A stretch of DNA of 51,468 nucleotides from Escherichia phage phiE31-2. Every line of letters begins with the position of its first letter. The stretch's first letter is position 1. The translations under genes were made by a program, and so were the position numbers. The notes below the pieces were generated by a model. It ran no database searches and had not been told where the DNA came from. It was given only the letters and a program-made list of their open reading frames with translations. The DNA lies in sequence record PP988008.1, one strand, 5' to 3'. Below are positions 9,802 to 19,598 of the stretch, piece by piece.

Positions 9802-9846
9802 CAGCAATAAGGCGGCGAAAGCCGCCATTAATTACGGGAATTAATC

Positions 9847-10503
9847 ATGAAACTATCAGAGCAATTCGACAAGGTTTTACCAGCACTGCATAAGGCGCGC
9901 AGTTTGTTTGTAAAGGTGAAGAAGGATAAGCAAAATACGCACCTTAAAAACCGTTACGCAACGCTTGATGCCGTACTTGATGCAATCACTCCAGCATTGA
10001 ATGATAACGAGCTAATGTTGATGCAGGACATGATTGAAAGCGAACAACCAAACAGAATCAAGGTTGAAACAACAGTTCTTCATGTTTCCGGTCAGTGGGT
10101 GAAATTTTACGCAGAGCTACCAATCGTTAAAAACGATCCTCAAGGTGTCGGATCCGCATTCACATACGCTCGTCGTTATGCAGCCGCAGCTGCATTTGGC
10201 TTAAGCCAGGCAGACGACGACGCACAAATTGCTGTTAAATCTGCAAACGACTGGAAGCGTGACATTGAAAAATGCGAAAGCGTAAACGAATTACAAGAAG
10301 TGCTCAAATCAGCATGGAAGGCAAGCGATCCGGCAAGCAAGCAGGTAATTAAAGAGCATTACGAAAAACGTAAAGCAGAGCTTGAGATCGGAAAAGCACG
10401 AGGATTTAATCCAGCGCAACCAAAACAAAATCTTGCCGCTCAAGACGTTGACACAAAAAACGACGAGCAAGTAAAATCACAAAGCATAACTGACTTTGAA
10501 TAA
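9847..10503 (+). CDS. Erf-family single-strand annealing protein
   Basis: 218 aa; N-terminal [11 protein letters not shown] and ...[14 protein letters not shown]...DDD motifs typical of Erf-type SSAPs; next to exonuclease and SSB. Confidence 0.7.
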   Translation: MKLSEQFDKVLPALHKARSLFVKVKKDKQNTHLKNRYATLDAVLDAITPALNDNELMLMQDMIESEQPNRIKVETTVLHVSGQWVKFYAELPIVKNDPQGVGSAFTYARRYAAAAAFGLSQADDDAQIAVKSANDWKRDIEKCESVNELQEVLKSAWKASDPASKQVIKEHYEKRKAELEIGKARGFNPAQPKQNLAAQDVDTKNDEQVKSQSITDFE

Positions 10504-10510
10504 TTGACAT

Positions 10511-10532
10511 GGGGCGCTTGCGCCCCTTTCTT
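10511..10532 (+). terminator. terminator-like hairpin after Erf gene
   Basis: GGGGCGC-TT-GCGCCCC then TTTCTT. Confidence 0.45.
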
Positions 10533-10547
10533 ACAGGAGAATAAATA

Positions 10548-11000
10548 ATGCATATTATTACTGGTGAGATCCGAAAAGAGCCGCGAGTAAAGCAAATGCC
10601 TAACGGCAGCACACTTTATGTGGTTGAACTTTCAGAGCGATATAAAGATAAAGATGGAAACTGGCAATATACAAACTACAGTTTCTTTTTTAATGCGAAA
10701 ACTGACGGACTTAATGGTTGGTATGCTGAGGCGTTCCAGGTTGGCAAGGTTATTTCTGTTTCTTGTGACACCCTGCGCATTGAAACGCGAGAATACAACG
10801 GAAAGATGTATTCAAGTTTAATGCCAGGAGGATTTGCAAATCTTATCTTCAGTCAGCGCGGGGAAAGCCAGCAACAATATCAGCAGCGAACGCAAGGAGG
10901 ATGGGGCCAACCACAACAACAGAATCAACCGCAACAACCGCAACAGCCAAGACAAAGCAATCAACCTCCTATGGACTTTGACGACGACATTCCTTTCTGA
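10548..11000 (+). CDS. ssb: single-stranded DNA-binding protein
   Basis: 150 aa OB-fold-like N-terminus, Q/P-rich linker and acidic C-terminal tail DFDDDIPF; RBS CAGGAGA. Confidence 0.85.
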   Translation: MHIITGEIRKEPRVKQMPNGSTLYVVELSERYKDKDGNWQYTNYSFFFNAKTDGLNGWYAEAFQVGKVISVSCDTLRIETREYNGKMYSSLMPGGFANLIFSQRGESQQQYQQRTQGGWGQPQQQNQPQQPQQPRQSNQPPMDFDDDIPF

Positions 11001-11007
11001 TCAACAA

Positions 11008-11029
11008 AGGGGCATTACGCCCCTTTTTC
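11008..11029. terminator. bidirectional terminator between ssb and convergent leftward cluster
   Basis: AGGGGC-ATTAC-GCCCCT then TTTTT. Confidence 0.6.
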
Positions 11030-11272
11030 ACTTTCAGCCATCCCAAGCACGGCAATAACCTTAACAGCAATTCGCTTTGCAAGTTCAGTTTGATGAGCAT
11101 TCAACTTTCCGGTAGTCATTATTGACAACATGCCGCTCATGCTACCTAGTCCGTTAAAATCTGACATTGCAGATTTCATTATTGATATTGGTGAATGACC
11201 TTCATCAGCTATTGTGTGCGCTCTCTCTGACAGGTCTTTAACTACCTGATCAATTCCTTCACTTTTCGTCAT
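11015..11272 (-). CDS. hypothetical protein
   Basis: 85 aa ORF, last gene of leftward cluster before bidirectional terminator. Confidence 0.4.
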   Translation of the reverse strand: MTKSEGIDQVVKDLSERAHTIADEGHSPISIMKSAMSDFNGLGSMSGMLSIMTTGKLNAHQTELAKRIAVKVIAVLGMAESEKGA

Positions 11273-11750
11273 TTGCTTTTCCTTCAGGAGTTGATTGCTG
11301 TTCTGGCATTACAGGCCACGGGCTAATTGATTCCCTTTCTGCTACTGGCTTTTCAGGTTCAATTCCTAAAAACTTTCCTACAAACTCACCAACAAAATTT
11401 GAGCTATCGCTTACATAAACATGCATCCTGTCTAGATCTGCAACAGTAACGCTATTTGGTGCGATCATGATCCTCTGTTGGTGAAAACCGATATACATCA
11501 CATTAGCCGGACGCTCAAGAGTTCCCATATTTGGCGCAATTACGCCCATTATCCAACAATAATGAATGTTGCCATCAAGCGGTTCACATCCTGCGTTAAG
11601 CCAGTTTACTTTCTGGTGTGGGAATGCCATTGATGAATCAGTAGCATCACGCCGTAACGACCATTTAACGCCGCCAATCTCAATGATTTGTTTCGGCCTC
11701 ATCCCGTTGAATTGAGTCACGCCAGCGCCATTTTGATTAATGTTTTGCAT
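11259..11750 (-). CDS. hypothetical protein
   Basis: 163 aa ORF in leftward cluster. Confidence 0.5.
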   Translation of the reverse strand: MQNINQNGAGVTQFNGMRPKQIIEIGGVKWSLRRDATDSSMAFPHQKVNWLNAGCEPLDGNIHYCWIMGVIAPNMGTLERPANVMYIGFHQQRIMIAPNSVTVADLDRMHVYVSDSSNFVGEFVGKFLGIEPEKPVAERESISPWPVMPEQQSTPEGKANDEK

Positions 11751-11764
11751 ATCGGTTAACCTTT

Positions 11765-12088
11765 TTACATTGATTTCATTTTACGCAATGCGCAGATACA
11801 AGCGGCAGCAAGATCGGTTAATTCTTTCTCTATGCCATGATGCGAGCCGTCTGCCTTTTCGGTCATTAGCTCTTTGTATTCCATTTCTACAATCGACATT
11901 AAGCCGCCTGGCTTGTCAATGTGCGCGTCCCATGTCTTAGGATAGCGCTTAGTTCTTTCCATAACACTTCCCATAACTGAATCATTTTTGCTATCTCGCT
12001 CATAATCATCATCATGATCATCACTACCGATTAAAACTCGCGGCAAATGAATGCGCGGTATTTTATAGCCAGCATAACGGATCTTCAT
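11765..12088 (-). CDS. hypothetical protein
   Basis: 107 aa ORF with AGAGGG RBS; acidic HDDDYERD stretch. Confidence 0.5.
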   Translation of the reverse strand: MKIRYAGYKIPRIHLPRVLIGSDDHDDDYERDSKNDSVMGSVMERTKRYPKTWDAHIDKPGGLMSIVEMEYKELMTEKADGSHHGIEKELTDLAAACICALRKMKSM

Positions 12089-12137
12089 TATCTCGCCCTC
12101 TTGATGAAAAGCGCCCCGAAAGGCGCTTGATTTATTA

Positions 12138-12839
12138 TCAGCCGCAACAGCCAGTAGGCGGAGTCTGAGGAGTAGGCAACTTGAAGTTTACCAATTGCTC
12201 TACCTGGTTGATTTTGCAATTCAGTGCGGCGGTCTGGTTTGCCTGAGATAGAGCAAAACGCGCTTCCTGCAACTGAGCTTTCATATCGCAAATCAAAACA
12301 GCCTGAGAATCAGCAAACTGTTGACGAATCAGATCTCGCGTTGCGTTACCTTGTCGCTCAATGTTCAGGTTAGTCTCGCAGCAACATCTCTCCGCTGCAA
12401 TCTGTGCCTGATAGGAACGCTCAAGAGCATTAACATCAGCAGCATTAATCGCAGCAACTGTCTGGTTAGTACCGCTAACAATAGCGGTATTCAGTCCGGC
12501 AAAACCTTGCACCGATGCAAGCAGGCTTTGCGTATTCTGGCTGGTAATGCCGTTAAATGTTGATGCGGCGGAGCGCTCAACGGTAAGGTTTGTGGAGTTT
12601 TGGCCTTGCAGAGTTTGCAGCCCCAGGTTGTTTACGCCTGTCTGGATGTTATTAATACCATCAAGAACAGCGTTAGCACCGACAGCAACAGCAGCACCAT
12701 CACCACCATAACCACCACGACCATTAAAGCCATTACCAAACCAAGACCCAATCAGGCCACCAACAGCACCGCCAAGACCAGCCGCGCCAGCTTCGCCACC
12801 AAAACCACCACCAGTAGGGAGTAAAGTCATATCTGACAT
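12138..12839 (-). CDS. glycine-rich, cysteine-rich hypothetical protein
   Basis: 233 aa from ATG with AGAGGA RBS; N-terminal ~60 aa almost entirely Gly/Ala (GGGFGGEAGAAGLGG...), Q/N/T-rich middle, C-terminal cysteine clusters (CCC...GCCG). Confidence 0.55.
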   Translation of the reverse strand: MSDMTLLPTGGGFGGEAGAAGLGGAVGGLIGSWFGNGFNGRGGYGGDGAAVAVGANAVLDGINNIQTGVNNLGLQTLQGQNSTNLTVERSAASTFNGITSQNTQSLLASVQGFAGLNTAIVSGTNQTVAAINAADVNALERSYQAQIAAERCCCETNLNIERQGNATRDLIRQQFADSQAVLICDMKAQLQEARFALSQANQTAALNCKINQVEQLVNFKLPTPQTPPTGCCG

Positions 12840-12975
12840 AGTAAATTCCTCTTTGACGTTAAAAAAATTAAAAAAAGTTTGTAACATTTGCGTTACGACA
12901 AATAGTATGCGCCTAACTGTCAGGAATAGATATAAAGCATTTGTAAGCGATATGTCAGCAACTGGCATAAAGGCG

Positions 12976-13002
12976 AAAAAAGGCGCAGCCTGAGCCGCGC
13001 CT
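12976..13002 (-). terminator. terminator-like hairpin after fiber-like gene (leftward)
   Basis: GC-rich inverted repeat followed by T-run on minus strand. Confidence 0.45.
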
Positions 13003-13024
13003 TGTGATTAAATTTTGTTATTTT

Positions 13025-13672
13025 TTATTGATTCAATTTGGCTTTTAATTGCTCTATTTCTTCTTTCATCCGTTTCACATGATGAATTAGCGGAACAACC
13101 AAACGCTCATACATAACGCCTTCTGCAACCATGCCATTGCTTGAGGCGATTTCTGGATCATCACCTTCTTGTAATGGCCTCCAGTGAACGTATTCAGGCG
13201 CAATCTCTCCCACTTCTTCGGCGATCAGTCCATACCAACCCCAATCTTTTCTGTCATTCTCGCAAATCGACCGATACCAGACAGGACGCATGTCAAACAT
13301 TCGATCTGCATATTCATCCATAACAGTTTCAACAGATCTTTTGTATCTTTCGGAAGACGTTGAACGAAGAACGCTTGACACTGCGGCATCTGGATTGAGA
13401 TACAAGTTTGCGCCAGCGGTTGTTGTTCCAAGTCTAAAAAAGTAAACGTCCTCTTGTGCTGTTAATGGGTAAAATTTTCCGCTATGTGTTCCGCCCTCTA
13501 ATTCATTTGAAAGCTCGCTTTTCTTCATGTACGTCTTTAACTTGTTGTCAACGTCAGAGCTTGATGGCTTTGTGTTAACTTCTTGCTGCAACGTGGAAAC
13601 ATTGCCTTGCAACGTGGAAACATTGCCTTTTAAAGCAGTTATATCAGCCGGAATATTTGTTACGGTAGCCAT
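13025..13672 (-). CDS. short tail-fiber-like protein carrying a C-terminal intramolecular chaperone (peptidase S74-like) domain
   Basis: 215 aa; C-terminal SERYKRS...RPVWYR...GLIAEEVGEIAPEYV...ERLVVPLI...EEIEQLKAKL matches auto-cleaving fiber chaperone domains; N-terminal coiled-coil with duplicated GNVSTLQ. Confidence 0.7.
   Translation of the reverse strand: MATVTNIPADITALKGNVSTLQGNVSTLQQEVNTKPSSSDVDNKLKTYMKKSELSNELEGGTHSGKFYPLTAQEDVYFFRLGTTTAGANLYLNPDAAVSSVLRSTSSERYKRSVETVMDEYADRMFDMRPVWYRSICENDRKDWGWYGLIAEEVGEIAPEYVHWRPLQEGDDPEIASSNGMVAEGVMYERLVVPLIHHVKRMKEEIEQLKAKLNQ
13588..13629. repeat. perfect 21-bp tandem duplication inside fiber-like gene
   Basis: GCAACGTGGAAACATTGCCTT x2 (encodes duplicated GNVSTLQ on minus strand). 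Confidence 0.8.
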
Positions 13673-13674
13673 GA

Positions 13675-13953
13675 TTAAGCCCACTCCCTAAGTTTTTGAT
13701 CCGTCACAACGGTTCTGCTATTGAATAATTTCGCATCGTAATTATCATTAATGATGCGAGCGTTCACAAAATAACCATCATTTTTCTCTACAATTTCCTC
13801 TCCTTCTTCCGTTACAGATACAACAGTGTAAGTGTTCCCGATAACGTCGAGAAGAATTGCATCCTGAATGGATTCGTTTTCGTTCCATTCAATTTCTTCA
13901 AGAAAGGCAGAAAACTCTGCCTTGTCTGCAAATTTCAGTGTTAAATCTCTCAT
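13675..13953 (-). CDS. hypothetical protein
   Basis: 92 aa; ATG overlaps stop of tail fiber gene (TAATG). Confidence 0.5.
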   Translation of the reverse strand: MRDLTLKFADKAEFSAFLEEIEWNENESIQDAILLDVIGNTYTVVSVTEEGEEIVEKNDGYFVNARIINDNYDAKLFNSRTVVTDQKLREWA

Positions 13954-15908
13954 TATACAATTTCCCCCAATTGATGATCTGTTAATGCCTTATGCCAGAT
14001 CCTAAAGTTTCTAATGTGTCCAAACAAATGGCGCTCTCCAGTTCCTGTTTGTCCGCCAAACCTGATATTTTTATCTCCTGTTACGCCTATGTAATCGCAG
14101 TATGAATCAGACACTGCTATAGCATTGGTGACAACATGAAATTTGCCATCAGATTTTGCAATGCATCCAAAAGTGGATTTTTTTGCAAACACATCAGATG
14201 CCGCACTATTAATATATGCCCCAGCAGGCGTTGATAAACTCATGTATAATTTTCCACTTCCTCTATTTATTGCCGCAATTGCTGATTGACCAGTATTTGC
14301 AGCAGCTATATCCCAAACACGAGGGGCAGCATTTGGAGCAACATCCCAACACTTACTAACCTCAAGCAAAAAAGTAAACGGCAATTTATATAGGTTGTTT
14401 TTTGTTGGAATGCTAACAAGATCGCTAGCTCTCGTTGTTGGCATTGAAGTTATAATAAATGACGATGCTGTATTTCCAAGTTCAATTTGCGGCGTAGCCA
14501 TCGTTAACGTTGAATCAGAATAAAATGGTTCGTTGTTAATTTTATTAGTCATGTAAAATGCACAATTAACAGTGTCAACATTTTTATTGGCTGTATATGT
14601 CGCTTGATAATACATCCATTCGCCATCCTGTTCCACTTTAGCGGTTATAAGTGAAGTGTCGCCACTTACCGATGCAACCAAAGTATCAAGATCCAAATAA
14701 GAATCAGCAGAAAATGTATCTACTCCATCAATAATTGTAGACACTCGAAGCCTGCATCTTGCTTTAGCACCTTTAACCCTACAAGAAAAGGTGAAACTTT
14801 CACCTGACACCAAAGGGAATCTATCGGCTGTAACAACTCCATGAACGGTATAACCTCCAGTAGTACCAACAATACTTTCTACAGGGGTGACTGTAGCGTA
14901 GTTAAAACCACGATCATCCGTTCCGAAAGTTTTATTTAAAGAAGAATGAATAGTCCAAGAATCTGTTTTATTTGAGTTTCTTAGATAGTTAGTTCTTTGC
15001 CCTTCGATTAAAAGACCTTCTTTTTCAAAACGAGGTTCGTCAATCTCCGCAACAGTCAATACACCTGATTTGTTAATATAAGTTGCTGTTGAAGCGCGTG
15101 AAAATGTAACTACTTTATCTGTTGGCATAGTTATAACATCATTACCAACTGTTATTTTTTTGTAACCAGGCGCAAAGCCTGTAATCATCTCAAGAGAATC
15201 ATTAAACGGTATCCATACATCCGGCAGCGGTTGAAGCACATCTTTGTAAGGTTCTCCAGCTTGTTTTGCATATTCCTCCGCTTGATCGCGCGCAGTTTCA
15301 GCACCTGTCTTTGCGGTGTTAGCTGCATCGCGCGCTGATTCTGCGGCAGCCTTTGCACTTTCCGATCCAGTCTTTGCAGTGTTAGCTGCATCGCGCGCGG
15401 ATTCAGCAGCAGTCTTTGCAGAATCAGCGCCTTTCTTACTGTTTTCTGCATTTGTTGCGCTTATCTTCGCGTTATTCTCGCTAGTTTTAGCGGCATTCTG
15501 GCTTGCTGCGGCCGCAGCAGCATCGCTCTTTACGTCAGCCTGTATCTGTTGAAGTTTATCCCAATCAAATGTTTCGATGATCTCAATGAATCTGGCAAAT
15601 TCAGTTTCTTTACCCTGGTAATATCGCAGTGTTTCAGCGACATCTTGCGCCAGGCCATCAACAGTTATTGAATCATGAAGCATGATCAGATAGTTTGTCT
15701 TTGCTACAACAGCTCCGCCAGTAGTAATGGCGCGAATGCTTGTGTCGCTAATAACCTCAGTGATTACAGCGGCTTGCATTGGATTTGTTAAGAAAAATAT
15801 TGTTGCACCAGGGCGAATGAGTGTTAGCTGTTCGCGCCATTTTGTGCCGTATCCAGTTATATAACCTTGCGCGTCCATTGACGCCTGTCCGGTTCTGTAA
15901 ATTGCCAT
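13953..15908 (-). CDS. lateral tail fiber protein
   Basis: 651 aa from ATG with GGAGAAA RBS; N-terminal fiber-attachment-like region, Ala-rich repeated [15 protein letters not shown] motifs, beta-rich C-terminus. Confidence 0.75.
   Translation of the reverse strand: MAIYRTGQASMDAQGYITGYGTKWREQLTLIRPGATIFFLTNPMQAAVITEVISDTSIRAITTGGAVVAKTNYLIMLHDSITVDGLAQDVAETLRYYQGKETEFARFIEIIETFDWDKLQQIQADVKSDAAAAAASQNAAKTSENNAKISATNAENSKKGADSAKTAAESARDAANTAKTGSESAKAAAESARDAANTAKTGAETARDQAEEYAKQAGEPYKDVLQPLPDVWIPFNDSLEMITGFAPGYKKITVGNDVITMPTDKVVTFSRASTATYINKSGVLTVAEIDEPRFEKEGLLIEGQRTNYLRNSNKTDSWTIHSSLNKTFGTDDRGFNYATVTPVESIVGTTGGYTVHGVVTADRFPLVSGESFTFSCRVKGAKARCRLRVSTIIDGVDTFSADSYLDLDTLVASVSGDTSLITAKVEQDGEWMYYQATYTANKNVDTVNCAFYMTNKINNEPFYSDSTLTMATPQIELGNTASSFIITSMPTTRASDLVSIPTKNNLYKLPFTFLLEVSKCWDVAPNAAPRVWDIAAANTGQSAIAAINRGSGKLYMSLSTPAGAYINSAASDVFAKKSTFGCIAKSDGKFHVVTNAIAVSDSYCDYIGVTGDKNIRFGGQTGTGERHLFGHIRNFRIWHKALTDHQLGEIV
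15290..15435. repeat. imperfect ~63-bp tandem repeats inside lateral tail fiber gene
   Basis: TCTTTGCRGTGTTAGCTGCATCGCGCGC...GATTC..GC.GCAG.CTTTGCA repeated with 63-bp period (Ala-rich protein repeats). Confidence 0.7.
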
Positions 15909-16007
15909 GCGTTTTCTCCAATGTTGCATGTTAATGTCAATGCAGATAATAGCATTTGCTAAGGCAAAAAAAAACCCCGCAATGCGGGGTAAAAGTAGCA
16001 GTGACAT

Positions 16008-16940
16008 TTAGAGAAGAGATTCAGGTTTGTAAACCTTCCTCTCTATCCCTTGCCTGTAATTATCATTAATCGGCATCATAATTTCAAGACCTCTTTCCTC
16101 TGCGGCAATGATAGCGTCACGATCTGTGCTCTTACAGACAACTCGCATTCTTCTGTTGCCTTTATACCTGTAAGCCACAATCTCAATGTTAGTTGCATCA
16201 AAGCAGGCCCAAACCTCTTGACCAGTTGCAAGATGGATGTGTTGCGCATCAATCCAGTCAACGCAAAGATAGATCGCCTTATCTGTGCTTCCTGTTCTCA
16301 CAATCGACCCGCGCGTGTAGTCCTTTGCGAGAAAAGACTTATTACCTTCTTCATCAATGAAAAGCACATTGCACATTTCATCATCAATTTCATCTGAATG
16401 TACCAGGTAACATGGGAGCGCGTGAATGTATCGACCATCTTTTACGCCGCAATCATAATGACTATCTTCAGGCGGGTATATTCCTTCATATGTGCTTAAC
16501 GGCGTGCGATCAAATTTTAGTGTTTTTGACATAACGCGCTCGCAGCATTCATGGCTTGCCTGTTTCCCAAACGAATAACCAGAATCACGAGATACTCGCT
16601 TATTTGACTTGATCCTATAGTCCTGCGGAACTTTTCCAAGAAAGCGGCCCAAAATATTGATCACTTCGCTGTAAGGTTCTCCGGTTAGCTTCATGATCCA
16701 ACCAATTCCAGTATCATTACCGCACACGTTGCAGATCGCACCGCCATCGCCTTTTTTATCGCCAAGTTTATCAGTCCACCTGAAGCGATCCTTTCCGCCG
16801 CAGTGGGGGCAAGATTGATGCTTGCCGTTAAAAACTTCATTTGGAAGACCGCAAATACTTTGTAGCGCCTCACGCCACAATCCTTGCATATATGGGAGAA
16901 CATCTTCCTTTTGATAAACCATAAAGTTTTCGTTATTCAT
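16008..16940 (-). CDS. DNA primase (zinc-binding CHC2-like plus TOPRIM-like)
   Basis: 310 aa from ATG with GAGGTG RBS; CPHCGG...C..C zinc-binding motif; acidic TOPRIM-like segment. Confidence 0.75.
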   Translation of the reverse strand: MNNENFMVYQKEDVLPYMQGLWREALQSICGLPNEVFNGKHQSCPHCGGKDRFRWTDKLGDKKGDGGAICNVCGNDTGIGWIMKLTGEPYSEVINILGRFLGKVPQDYRIKSNKRVSRDSGYSFGKQASHECCERVMSKTLKFDRTPLSTYEGIYPPEDSHYDCGVKDGRYIHALPCYLVHSDEIDDEMCNVLFIDEEGNKSFLAKDYTRGSIVRTGSTDKAIYLCVDWIDAQHIHLATGQEVWACFDATNIEIVAYRYKGNRRMRVVCKSTDRDAIIAAEERGLEIMMPINDNYRQGIERKVYKPESLL

Positions 16941-16952
16941 ATACACCTCAAA

Positions 16953-16988
16953 CAAAAAAGCCTGACAGATGATAACATCATGCCAGGC
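16953..16988 (-). terminator. hairpin with T-run between HTH gene and primase (leftward)
   Basis: GCCTG...CAGGC stem followed by TTTTTTG on minus strand, directly upstream of primase RBS. Confidence 0.4.
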
Positions 16989-16995
16989 ATTGTTT

Positions 16996-17469
16996 TTAGC
17001 AATTAGTGCTTTCAGGTTTATACAGGAATCCGCCAGGTTCATAATCTGACATTCTTACCACTCGCAACATTTCACGCTTATCACATCTCTTTGTGAGCGG
17101 TTTACCATTGGAATCAAATCGCAGATCTGGACGGCAGAATGACGCGCGATAGCCTTGACAACCATATTTCTTGTAATCGTTATGCACCTTTTGAGCGCCA
17201 GCGGCTGAAATCATACCGCGAACACGCCACTGATTTACAGTTTGCTGGCTAACGTTAAGACGTTTTGCCATTGCTGACACACTTCCGTAATACTCAATAA
17301 GGATGTCAAGTCGCGCTTTTAGCCCGGCGCGCACCTCATCTTTTAGAACATAATAACCTGTCGGTCGCTTGCGCTTCTTCTTGTCCTTGCCTCGTCTTGT
17401 TCCGTTATTGCCATTAATTGTGCGCTTGTCAATCTTGCCTGTTGATACTGCGATTCTTTTCTCTTTCAT
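16996..17469 (-). CDS. HTH DNA-binding protein, putative transcriptional regulator
   Basis: 157 aa; basic N-terminus (KDKKKRKR) and helix-turn-helix-like SAMAKRLNVSQQTVNQWRVRG; divergent from helicase gene. Confidence 0.6.
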   Translation of the reverse strand: MKEKRIAVSTGKIDKRTINGNNGTRRGKDKKKRKRPTGYYVLKDEVRAGLKARLDILIEYYGSVSAMAKRLNVSQQTVNQWRVRGMISAAGAQKVHNDYKKYGCQGYRASFCRPDLRFDSNGKPLTKRCDKREMLRVVRMSDYEPGGFLYKPESTNC

Positions 17470-17483
17470 TATTCATTCTCCAA

Positions 17484-17525
17484 TAGCATTTTTTGTTAAA
17501 CGATGATTTAATGATTGTGTATTAT
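17484..17525 (+). promoter_or_regulatory. conserved-motif element in helicase/HTH divergent region
   Basis: TAGCATTTTTTGTTAAAC - 18 nt - TATTAT; on the opposite strand a TTGAGT-16-TATAAT promoter for the HTH gene overlaps. Confidence 0.5.
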
Positions 17526-17558
17526 ACACGCCAAATGGCATTACTCAAAGGTTTTAGA

Positions 17559-19598
17559 ATGATTCCAAACATTGAAAAGCAAATATCAGCACTTGGTGAA
17601 GCGGTAATTAAATCCATTCAGGAGCGATTCACTGTTGGCGAGATTGTGCCTTACCCTTACCAGTGCATTGCATACGCTGAGATCGCAAAGCGTATGAAAA
17701 ATTATGAGCATCCATTCTTTGTTAAAGCGTCCGTATCTGCTGGCAAAACATTGATGTTTGCAATGGTTGCTCACCAGTGCCGGAAAATGGGCTTAAAAAT
17801 GATGGTACTTGCTCGCCAGGCTGAGATTGTGGATCAGGATTCTGAAGAGATAACAAATCTTGGTGTGCCGAACTCCATCTATTGTGCAGGACTGAAGACA
17901 AAAAGCGCATACTTTCCGATCGTTGTTGGTTCTGAGGGAACTGTAGTTAATGGACTTTTTAAAGCGCTTGGCGACTATGTTCCGCACGTTATCGGGATTG
18001 ACGAGTGTCACCAGGTGGATTGGGAAGACCTTGCCGACGCAATAGAGAAAGACGAATCATTTTTACAAATGACTACGAAGAAAGGCGAAAAAGTACCAAA
18101 TCCAGATTATGACATAGCGAGCGATAACGAATGCGAAGAGTTCCTGATTGGTGAGGATGGCTTGCCAATGGAGGGAACAGGTCGCACACAATACACTGTC
18201 ATTATCATGGAAATGATGCGCCGCTGCCGGAAAACATATGGTCATGAACTACGCATATTTGGTATGACTGGTTCTGAGTTTCGCGGCGTAGTCCCGATCC
18301 TGGTAGAAGACAAAAAACAAAAAGGATTTTGGCGTGAACAGGTTACTAATATTGACACCAACTACCTGATCAAATTCGGTTCTGTTGTGCCAACAAATTT
18401 TGGCGACGTTGGCGATCTAGGGTATGACCTTTCAGAGTTTGAGGCATCCAGCGAGGATGGCGTTGCAGACTTTGACGCTAAAACGCTTCGCAGGATGGAA
18501 CAAAAAATTCATGAAGAAGCGACCATGACAAAGAGCATCATGGCGAAAGTTCACGAGATCTGTAAAAACCGCAACGGCGTACTTGTGACATGTGCAGGAG
18601 AAAGGCATTGCAAAGAGGCAGCGGCAGCGTTGCCACTTGGAACTACTTACAGGATCATTACTGGTAAGACTGGCGACAATCAGCGCAAGGAGTGGTTGAG
18701 GGAAGCATACGAAGGGAAGGTAAAATACATCTTCCAGGTTCAGGCGCTAACTACTGGCGTTAACGTGCCGTTTTGGGATACGTCTGTTATTCTGCGTAAG
18801 ATTGGATCGCTAACTTTGCTGATTCAGCTTTTAGGACGAGGAATGCGACTTCTTAAGAAATGGCATAAGGAACAAGGCTTCAAGAAAGATGATCACCTTG
18901 TTATGGATTTTTCAGGAACGATGGACGAGTTAGGTGAGCTTTATTTTGATCCGATACTTGAACAGGCGCAACATCAGAAGCGATTCAGGAACGGTAAAGA
19001 TCCGAAGCCTTGTCCTGTTTGCGGAACTCTTAACAGCTATTACGCTCGTCGTTGTATGCACGTAGACGAAAACGGAAACAGATGTGAGTGGTTCTTTAAA
19101 TTCAGGACATGTGATGATCAGATTGACCCGCGCACTAAAAAGATTATTCAGCGCGGTTGTGGAACGAAAAATGATATTGCGGCCAGGGTATGCAGACATT
19201 GCGACATGTCATTGATTGACCCTAACGAGAAATTAAGCGGAAAGCACTACACAAAAAACGACTGGTTCCAGGTGCAATCTTTCTCGGTTGACATGACGAA
19301 AAACCAGAAAGGGATAATATTTAATTATGAGCTTTCCGATGGCATAGATACTTTCAGAGCGCGGGAAATATTTTTCCCTGAATCAGAAAGCCAGATTTGC
19401 CGCGCAAAATGGAGAAATGTTGCTCTTAAGCACATACCGGATCGCCGTATTGCTGGCATGGTGGCGAGCTATCGTAATGCACGAAAAATAATGCAATATG
19501 TGAATCACATCATGCCTCCATCGCGTGTTACTCACAGAAAGACTAGTAAGGGAGAAGATAATTTGTACAAGAAGGACTTTAATTATGGCAATGACTGA
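17559..19598 (+). CDS. DNA helicase (superfamily 2, DEAD/DEAH-like)
   Basis: Walker A SAGKT, motif II DECH, C-terminal Zn-ribbon-like CxxC pairs; start uncertain (ATG 17559 chosen downstream of promoter-like element, alternatives 17511/17535). Confidence 0.8.
   Translation: MIPNIEKQISALGEAVIKSIQERFTVGEIVPYPYQCIAYAEIAKRMKNYEHPFFVKASVSAGKTLMFAMVAHQCRKMGLKMMVLARQAEIVDQDSEEITNLGVPNSIYCAGLKTKSAYFPIVVGSEGTVVNGLFKALGDYVPHVIGIDECHQVDWEDLADAIEKDESFLQMTTKKGEKVPNPDYDIASDNECEEFLIGEDGLPMEGTGRTQYTVIIMEMMRRCRKTYGHELRIFGMTGSEFRGVVPILVEDKKQKGFWREQVTNIDTNYLIKFGSVVPTNFGDVGDLGYDLSEFEASSEDGVADFDAKTLRRMEQKIHEEATMTKSIMAKVHEICKNRNGVLVTCAGERHCKEAAAALPLGTTYRIITGKTGDNQRKEWLREAYEGKVKYIFQVQALTTGVNVPFWDTSVILRKIGSLTLLIQLLGRGMRLLKKWHKEQGFKKDDHLVMDFSGTMDELGELYFDPILEQAQHQKRFRNGKDPKPCPVCGTLNSYYARRCMHVDENGNRCEWFFKFRTCDDQIDPRTKKIIQRGCGTKNDIAARVCRHCDMSLIDPNEKLSGKHYTKNDWFQVQSFSVDMTKNQKGIIFNYELSDGIDTFRAREIFFPESESQICRAKWRNVALKHIPDRRIAGMVASYRNARKIMQYVNHIMPPSRVTHRKTSKGEDNLYKKDFNYGND

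Noticed and set aside
15316-15552. 78-aa plus-strand Ala-rich ORF
   Set aside because: Antisense to the repeat region of the tail fiber gene; arises from the repetitive GC-rich sequence
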